A DNA stretch of 64,000 nt, taken from NCBI GenBank assembly GCA_028826165.1, contig JAPDFW010000070.1, forward strand, positions 1,488,001 to 1,552,000. Reading direction: 5' to 3'. The stretch comes from Anaeramoeba ignava BMAN. Lineage: Eukaryota > Protista > Anaeramoebae. Shown piece by piece: positions 38,201 to 47,100 of this stretch. The position numbers and the translations under genes are program-made. Below the pieces are notes generated by a model, which saw nothing but the letters and a program-made list of their open reading frames with translations, did no database searches and was not told where the DNA came from. Numbering within the stretch: the stretch's first letter is position 1; every line of letters begins with the position of its first letter.

Positions 38201-40644
38201 TTAAAGCAATGAATAATTTCCCAAATAATCAAGATATTCAATATAATGGATGTTGGGCTTTAGGGAGTATTGCTGCTGATAATGGTAAATATAAATATAA
38301 ATATAAATATAATTATAAATATAAATATTAAATAAAAATATAAATAATAAATAATCAAAAATATAAATCAAAATATAAATAAAAATAATAAATATAAATA
38401 TAAAAAAAAATAAAAATAAAAAATAAATTGAAATAGAAATATAAAGGAATAAATTATTATAAATGAATAAATATAAATAATCAAAATATAAATATTATAA
38501 ATATGGGGCTTTATTAAATAAAAATGATAAAAATATAAATATAAATATAAATATAAATATAAATATTTTAATCAATTATTTATTAATAATTATTAATCAA
38601 AAATATTTAATCAATTTATTTCCAAAAAATTAATTTCAATTTCAATTTCAATTTCAAAAAAATATTAAAATAGAAAACAAAATTGAAATTAGAAATTTAA
38701 AAGGAATTGAACCTATTATTAATGCAATGAATAATTTCCCAAATAATCAAAATATTCAAAAATATGGATGTGGAGCTTTAGGGAATATTTCTGGTAATGA
38801 TGGTAAATAAAAATAAATATAAATATAGATATTAAATGAAATAAATATAAATATAAATATAAATATAAATATAAATATAAATATAAATATAAATATAAAT
38901 ATAAATATAAATATAAATATAAATATAAATATCAATATAAATATAAATATAAATATAAATATAAATATAAATATAAATATAAATATAAATATTTTAATCA
39001 ATTATTTATTAATAATCAAAAATATTTAATCAATTTATTTCCAAAAAATTAATTTCAATTTCAATTTATTTTCCTAAATAAAAAATATTAAAATAGAAAA
39101 CAGAATTGAAATTAGAAATTTAAAAGGAATTGAACCTATTATTAAATCAATGAATAATTTCCCAAATAATCAAGATATTCAAGAATATGGATGTGGAGCT
39201 TTAAGGAATATTGCTGCTGGTAATAAATAAAAATTAAAAATAAAAATAAAAATATAAATATAAATATAAATATAAATATAAATATAAATATAAATATAAA
39301 TATAAATATAAATATAAATAAAAATATTTTAATCAATTATTTATTAATAATCAAAAATATTTAATCAATTTATTTCCAAAAAATTAATTTCAATTTCAAT
39401 TTCAATTTCAAAAAAATATCAAAATAGAAAACCAAATTGAAATTAGAAATTTAAAAGGAATTGAACCTATTATTAATGCAATGAATAATTTCCCAAATAA
39501 TCAAAATATTCAATATGTTGGATGTGGAGCTTTAATAAATATTGCTGCTGATAAAGGTAAATAAAAATATAAATATAAATATAAATATTTTAATCAATTA
39601 ATTATTATTAATTATTAATCAAAAATATTTAATCAATTTACTTCCAAAAAATTAATTTCAATTTCAATTTATTTTCCAAAATAAAAAATATTAAAATAGA
39701 AAACCAAATTGAAATAAGAAATTTAAAAGGAATTGAACCTATTATTAAAGCAATGAATAATTTCCCAAATAATCAAAATATTCAATATAAAGGATGTGGA
39801 GCTTTATTGAATATTTCTGCTGATAAAGGTAAATATAAATATAAATATAAATATAAATATTTTAAACAATTATCTATTATTAATTATTAATAAAAAATAT
39901 TTAATCAAATTTATTTCAAAAAAATTAATTTCAATTTCAATTTATTTTCCAAAATAAAAATATAAAAATAGAAAACGAAATTGAAATTAGAAATTTAAAA
40001 GGAATTGAACCTATTATTAAATCAATGAATAATTTCCCAAATAATCAAGATATTCAAAAATATGGATGTTGGGCTTTATTGGTTATTGCTTTTGATAATG
40101 ATGGTAAATAAAATATAAATATAAATATAAAAATAAATATTTTAATCAATTATTTATTATTAATTATTAATCAAAAATATTTAATCAATTTATTTCCAAA
40201 AAATTAATTTCAATTTCAATTCATTTTTCCAAAATAAAAAATATCAAAATAGAAAACCAAATTGAAATAAGAAATTTAAAAGGAATTGAACCTATTATTA
40301 ATGCAATGAATAATTTCCCAAATAATAAAGATATTCAATATAAAGGATGTAGAGCTTTAAGGAATATTGCTGCTGATAAAGGTAAATATAAATAAAAATA
40401 TAAATATAAATATTTTAATCAATTATTAATTATTAATCAAAAATATTTAATCAATTTATTTCCAAAAAATTAATTTCAATTTCAATTTATTTTCCAAAAT
40501 AAAAAATATAAAAATAGAAAACAAAATTGAAATAAGAAATTTAAAAGGAATTGAATCTATTATTAATGCAATGAATAATTTCCCAAATAATCAAAATATT
40601 CAGAAAATGGAAAAATAGCTTTAGAAAAATTACAAAACAACTGA
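35299..40644 (+). CDS. BTB/BACK - coiled coil - armadillo repeat protein, copy B (frameshifted as assembled: sequencing errors or pseudogene)
   Basis: Constant exons 35299-36672 (several A/T-run indels), 36746-36850, 36951-37082 and 37220-37372. ARM cassettes 37457-37588, 37744-~37870 (3' end garbled), 38156-38284, ~38415-38530 (ghost), 38674-38802, 39097-39219, 39428-39556, 39700-39828, 39972-40103 and 40253-40381. Terminal exon 40518-40644 carries a 1-nt deletion. Confidence 0.8.
37457..40644 (+). repeat. Tandem array of ARM exon+intron units: 8 intact + 2 corrupted variable cassettes plus a terminal exon
   Basis: Same exon and intron unit as 24380-25915, with variable (ATAAAT)n length after each donor. 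Confidence 0.93.
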
Positions 40645-40791
40645 ATTCTCTTCAGTTCATCTTTTTTCTTTGATTTCTTTTCTTTTTCCAAAACAAATTC
40701 AATAAAAAAACAAGAAAATCAAATTTAAATTTTTTTTCATTTTTTTCATTTGTTTTAATAAATTAAAACATTAATAAATTTTTTTCCACGA

Positions 40792-42003
40792 ATGCACAAA
40801 ATTCTCTTTTTAATAATTTTACTAGTTGAAGAAATCTTAACAACAACAAAAAGAATGGAAGTTTTTTCAGAAAATAAAGAAATTCACAACAACTTTGGAG
40901 TTGGAGTTTCTATCTCAGGAAATTTTGCAGTAATTGGGTCACCATGGGAGGAAGATGAGACAGAGAACGAAGCAGGAGAAAAAGGGGTTGGGGGACGAGC
41001 TTATGTATTTCTGCGACAGGACTCACACTGGAAGCAAATTGGAACACTTTTCAGTAATTCAACCGAGAAAGGTGACGACTTCGGCGCAAGTGTATCAGTC
41101 TCTGGAAACCGCACAGTGGTTGGTGCGCCCATACATAACCTCACAGGAGCTGTGTTTGTGTTCTGCTTTGGCGCGGATGATCAGAGCCCAGTGCCTTGGA
41201 TCAAGCAAACATACAAACTAGTTCCCGAAGACGCTGAAGCAGGTGATCAATTTGGCATTGACGTATCTCTATCAGGAAATACTCTCCTTGTTGGCTCGCT
41301 CTTTTCCGCATCTACAGAATCTCAAATGCAGGTTGGTTCGGCATACGTTTTTTCTTTTGATGGATCAACTTGGACTCAGTCGGCAAAATTGCTGCCTTCT
41401 TATTCAACCCTCTTTGACGGATTCGGCACCGCGGTTTCAATATCAAACTCGGTCGCGATTGTCGGTGCGCCCCAGTGTGATGAGAACGGGGTTGATAGCG
41501 GAGCCGCGTTTATCTTCGAGTTGACAGATTCCGTTTGGACTCAATCCGCTATGCTTCTCCCTAATGATAGCGAATCTGGAGACCACTTCGGAAACAGTGT
41601 TTCTGTCTCAGGCAATTTGGCACTCGTCGGTGCACCATGGAATGACGAGGTTGGCGCTGTTTATGTCTTCTCTAGAGTTGGTTCTTCTTGGGTTCAAACT
41701 CATAAAATTTTGCCGGGAGATTCCGTTGATTTTTTTGGAGTTACTGTTTCTATTAATGGTCGTTATGCTGTCATCGGTGCTTATGAAATTCGTCCTGATT
41801 CTTCCCTTTCTGGTTGCGCTTTTATTTTCCATTTCGTAAATGATAATTGGATTCTTGTTTCTAGAATGCCAAAAATTACTGATGATGATGATGATGATTT
41901 TTCTTATTCTCATTTACATGATATTTCTCTTTATGAAGGTGTTGATTTGGTTGATGGTCCTTTTGAATTTAAAAGATTGGATCAAAAGCTTGAAGATGAT
42001 TAA
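40792..42003 (+). CDS. FG-GAP repeat beta-propeller protein, probably secreted (6 clear repeats + degenerate 7th, acidic tail)
   Basis: Intronless 403 aa ORF with hydrophobic N-terminus MHKILFLIILLV. Repeats include GDDFGASVSVSGNRTVVGAP and GDHFGNSVSVSGNLALVGAPW. No membrane anchor. Confidence 0.88.
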   Translation: MHKILFLIILLVEEILTTTKRMEVFSENKEIHNNFGVGVSISGNFAVIGSPWEEDETENEAGEKGVGGRAYVFLRQDSHWKQIGTLFSNSTEKGDDFGASVSVSGNRTVVGAPIHNLTGAVFVFCFGADDQSPVPWIKQTYKLVPEDAEAGDQFGIDVSLSGNTLLVGSLFSASTESQMQVGSAYVFSFDGSTWTQSAKLLPSYSTLFDGFGTAVSISNSVAIVGAPQCDENGVDSGAAFIFELTDSVWTQSAMLLPNDSESGDHFGNSVSVSGNLALVGAPWNDEVGAVYVFSRVGSSWVQTHKILPGDSVDFFGVTVSINGRYAVIGAYEIRPDSSLSGCAFIFHFVNDNWILVSRMPKITDDDDDDFSYSHLHDISLYEGVDLVDGPFEFKRLDQKLEDD

Positions 42004-43165
42004 AATTTATATCAAAATTTATATTAAATTCAAATCAAATTCAAATCAAATTCAAATCAAATTCAAATCAAATTCAAATCAAATTCAAATCAAATTCAAA
42101 TCAAATTTATATCAAAATTTATATTAAAATTTATATTAAAATTTATATCAAAATTTATATTAAAATTTATATCAAAATTTATATTAAAATTTATATCAAA
42201 ATTTATATTAAATTTATATCAAAATTTATATTAAATTTACAAACAAATTCCAATCAAAATTCATATCAAATTCCAAACAAATTCAAATCAAAATTCAAAT
42301 CAAAATTCAAATCAAATTTATATTAAAATTCAAATCAAAATTCAAATCAAAATTTATATTAAAATTTATATTAAAATTTATATTATATTTATATTAATAT
42401 TTATATTAATATTTATATTAATATTTATATTAAAATTTATATCAAAATTTATATCAAAATTTATATTAAATTCAAATCAAATTCAAATCAAATTTATATC
42501 AAAATTTATATTAATATTTATCAAGAAATTTATATTAAAATTTATATTAAATTCAAATCAAATTTATATTAAAATTTATATTAATATTTATATTAAAATT
42601 CAAATCAAATTTATATCAAAATTCAAATCAAATTTATATTAAAATTTATATTAAAATTTATATTAAAATTTATATTAAAATTTATATTAATATTTATATC
42701 AAAATTTATATTAAATTCAAATCAAATTTATATTAAAATTTATATCAAAATTTATATTAAATTCAAATCAAATTCAAATCAAATTCAAATCAAATTCAAA
42801 TCAAATTCAAATCAAATTCAAATCAAATTCAAATCAAATTCAAATCAAATTCAAATCAAATTCAAATCAAATTCAAATCAAATTCAAATCAAATTCAAAT
42901 CAAATTCAAATCAAATTCAAATCAAATTTATATCAAAATTTATATCAAGAAATTTATATTAAAATTTATATCAAAATTTATATTAAAATTCAAATCAAAA
43001 TTCATATCAAATTTACAAACAAATTCCAATCAAAATTCATATCAAATTTATATCAATATTTATATTAATATTTATATTAAATTTATATTAAAATTTATAT
43101 TAAATTCAAATCAAAATTCATATCAAATTTACAAACAAATTCCAATCAAAATTCATATCAAATTC
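42003..43165. repeat. Mixed 11-12-mer satellite (AAATTCAAATC / AAAATTTATAT[C/T])
   Basis: Seen directly. Confidence 0.85.
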
Positions 43166-43469
43166 CAAGCAAATTTTAGTTTAGTTTCTTTTTTTTCTTT
43201 TTCAAAATTCTTTCAAAATCCACTTTTTTTTTACCTAATTTTCTATTCCAAATTTTTTTTGGTTTTTTGTTTTTTTGTTTTTTAGATTTAATTAAAAAAA
43301 AAGAAAGAAGAAAAGAAAATAAAAAAGAAAAAAATTTTAATTAATTTTTTTTTCTCCTTTTTTTTGTTTTTAATTTTCTCCTTTTTTTAATTAAAAAAAA
43401 AATTTTTTTATTTCTTTTTTTTTTTCATTTTTTTCAAATTTTTTCAATTTTAAAATTTCTTTTTTTTTA

Positions 43470-46400
43470 ATGGGTATTTATTAAAAATAAAAAATAAAAA
43501 ACAACTACAAATAAAAAACAAAACCAATTTTTTAAACACTTCAATTCAAAATTAATTCAAAATAAAATTCAAAATAAAATTCAAAATAAAATAAAAATAA
43601 AAATTAAATTCAAATTCAAATTAAATTCAAATTAAATTAAAAATAAATTCAAATAAAATTAAATTCAAAATTAAAATTCAAAATTAAAATTTAAATTAAA
43701 ATTCAAAATAAAATTCAAAATAAAAAAGGGAAATTTTTGGATATAATAACGCCATTATTAGTAATTGTACCTGAAGTACAAAAACCAATTAAAAAAATTC
43801 AATTCACAGAAAAATTATGGTGGTCATTTGGGGCTTTAGTTGCATATTTAATTGCAAGTCAAGTTCCACTTTTTGGAATTATTATAAGCAATTCATCAGA
43901 TCCTTTTTATCATATGAGAGTTATTATGGCAAGTAATAAATTCACTCTTATGGAACTTGGTATCTCTCCTATTGTTACTTCTTCTCTTGTTATGCAGCTT
44001 CTTGCTGGAACTGGCCTAATTTCAGTTGACCAATCAATTAAATCAGAAAAGGCTAAATTCGAAGCTGCTCAAAAATGTTTGTTTTTTTTCTTTAAATTTA
44101 TTAATTTTAATTATATTTATATTTATATTTATATTTATATTTTTATTTTTATTTATATTTATATTTATATTTATATTTATATTTATTTTAAATATTTATA
44201 TTTATATTTATATTTATATTTATATTTATATTTATATTTATATTTATATTTATATTTATATTTATATTTATATTTATATTTATATTTATATTTATATTTA
44301 TATTTATATTTATATTTATATTTATATTTATATTTATATTTTTATTTATATTTTTATTTATATTTATATTTATATTATTTTAGTGTTTGGTTTAATTATT
44401 ACTCTATTTCAAGCTATTGCTTATGTTTCTAGTGGTATGTATGGAAGTTATTCTGAACTTGGATTCTTCATTTCTGCTTTCATTGTTATTCAATTATCAT
44501 TTTCTGGATTACTTGTTCTTTTGGTTGTAAATTTTGATTTTTATTTTGATTTATTTTTTGATTTTGATTTTGATTTTTATTATTTATTTTGTAGGATGAA
44601 TTACTTCAAAAAGAATATGGACTTGGATCTGGAACTTCACTTTTTATCACAACAAATATTTGCGAAACAATCATTTGGAAATCATTAAGTCCTTCAACAT
44701 TTAATAGTGGAAGAGGTATTTTAAAATCAAAATTAAAATTAAAATTTAAATCAAAATTAATATTATAATTAAAATTAAAATTAAAATTAAAATTAAAATT
44801 AAAATTAAAATTAAAATTAAAAATCAAAATTAAAATCAAAATTAAAATTAAAATTAAAATTAAAATTAAAATTAAAATTAAAATTTAAAATTAAAATTAA
44901 AATTAAAATTAAAATTATAGGAACTGAATTTGAAGGTGCTTTAATTGCTTTATTTCATCTCTTAATTACTAGAGATAATAAAACAAGAGCATTAAAAGAA
45001 GCATTCTATCGAAAAAATCTTCCAAATATTACTAATCTTCTTGCAACTGTTATTATTTTCTTAGTTGTGATTTACTTCCAAAGTTTCAGAGTTGAACTTC
45101 CTTTAAGGTTTGAATTAATTTAATCTTTTCATGTTTTGGTTTTATTTTTACTTAACAAATTTTTTCTCTTTTTTTTTTTGAATTGATTCTTTATTATTTA
45201 ATTTAGTTCTCCTCAAACAAGAGGTTCATATGGAACTTATCCAATCAAATTGTTTTACACTTCTAATATGCCAATCATTTTACAATCTGCATTAGTCACA
45301 AATTTATTTTTTGTTTCACAATTATTTTATAAGAAATTTCCAGGAAATGTTTTCTTCCAACTTTTAGGAAAATGGCAGGTTAGTATTTCATAATTTAATT
45401 TAAATATTTATTTTCAATTTAAATATTTATTTATAATTTAAATATTTATTTTCAATTTAAATATTTATTTTCAATTTAAATATTTATTTCAATTTAAATA
45501 TTTATTTTCAATTTAAATATTTATTTCTAATTTAAATATTTATTTTCAATTAAAATATTTATTTTCAATTTAAATATTTATTTTAATTTTAAATATTTAT
45601 TTACAATTTAAAATATTTATTTTCAATTTAAATATTTATTTTAATTTTAAATATTTATTTACAATTTAAAATATTTATTTTCAATTTAAATATTTATTTT
45701 CAATTTAAATATTTATTTTTAATTTAAATATTTATTTTAATTTTAAATATTTATTTACAATTTAAAATATTTATTTTCAATTTAAATATTTATTTTCAAT
45801 TTAAATATTTATTTTTAATTTAAATATTTATTTCCAATTTAAATATTTATTTTTAATTTAAATATTTTTTGAATTAAATATTTATTTTTAATTTAAATAT
45901 TTTTTGAATTAAATATTTATTTTCAATTTAAATATTTATTTCAATTAAAAATAGGAAATGCCAAATTCAGGTCAAAGTGTTGCTGTTGGTGGACTTTCTT
46001 ATTATCTTTCTCCTCCTCGTACTCTTTGGGAATTTATTACAGATCCTCTTCACATTATTATTTACATTGCTTTTGTTCTTGGATCTTCTGCAATTTTCTC
46101 CAAATTTTGGATTGTTATTTCTAATACAACTGCAAATGATGTTATGAAACAATTAAAAGATGAAAATGTATTTAAAAAAAAAATAATTTTATTAAAACTA
46201 AAATTTATATTGAAAAAATAAATTAAATTAAATTAAATTAAATTAAATTAATATATTTAAGCTCACAATTAAAGATTATCGAGATCGAACTGCAAAAAGT
46301 GTTTTGAATAGATACATTCCAATTGCAGCATCATTTGGTGGATTAGCAATTGGTCTTTTAACTCTTTTAGCTGATTTTCTTGGTAAATAATATTTAATTC

Positions 46401-46783
46401 AAAAATATTTAATTTAATTCAATAAATATTTAATTCAAAAAATATTTAATTTAATTCAATAAATATTTAATTCAAAAAATATTTAATTTAATTCAAAAAT
46501 AAATATTTTAATTGGAAATAAATATTTAATTTAATTTAATAAATAATTTAATTTAATTCAATTCAAAAATAATTAATTTAATTCAATAAATAATTTAATT
46601 TAATTTAATAAATAATTTAATTTAATTCAATTCAAAAAATATTTATTTCAATTCAATAATTAATTCAAAAATATTTTAGGTGCTATTGGTTCTGGAACAG
46701 GTATTTTACTTGCTGTTACAATGATTTATCAATACTTTGAAACATTTGTTAAAGAACAAGGAGACTTTTCTGCTCTATTTTAA
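43470..46783 (+). CDS. SEC61A: Protein translocon subunit Sec61 alpha (9 exons)
   Basis: Exons 43470-43473, 43729-44076, 44384-44526, 44595-44715, 44921-45107, 45207-45378, 45955-46167, 46262-46382 and 46680-46783. Motifs [75 protein letters not shown] and [14 protein letters not shown]. Confidence 0.97.
45400..45950 (+). repeat. ~19-bp minisatellite (TTTAAATATTTATTTTCAA) filling Sec61 alpha intron 6
   Basis: Seen directly inside intron 45379-45954. Confidence 0.85.
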
Positions 46784-47100
46784 TTAATTTTTCCAATTAA
46801 ATTTAATACGAAATTTTGAAATTTAAACAAAAATAGAAAAAAGAAATTCTCAAAAAAAAAAACAAATCAAGTTTTATTTTTTCCACTTTTCATTTTCTTC
46901 TTTTTCATTTTTCTTTTTTTTTTTCTTTTTCTTTTTGATTTTTTTTGAAGAACTCATTTGATGATTTAGATAAAAAAAATCGTTTTTTTTTTTTAATTTT
47001 TTTTTTAATTTTTAAATTTTTTTTTTCATTTTTTTTTTCTTCTTTTTCAAATAAAATCAAATAAAATTTAACTACAATTAATTTAAATTAATATTTAAAA

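Noticed and set aside
24380-40644. CRISPR-like appearance of the regularly spaced repeats with variable segments
   Set aside because: Units are ~270-420 bp exon+intron blocks with GT-AG sites and an ARM reading frame. The variable parts are homologous codons rather than unrelated spacers, no cas genes are present, and the context is eukaryotic.
24380-40644. Diversity-generating retroelement (template/variable repeat) as the source of variation
   Set aside because: No reverse transcriptase in the window, no invariant template copy, and the changes are not restricted to adenines.
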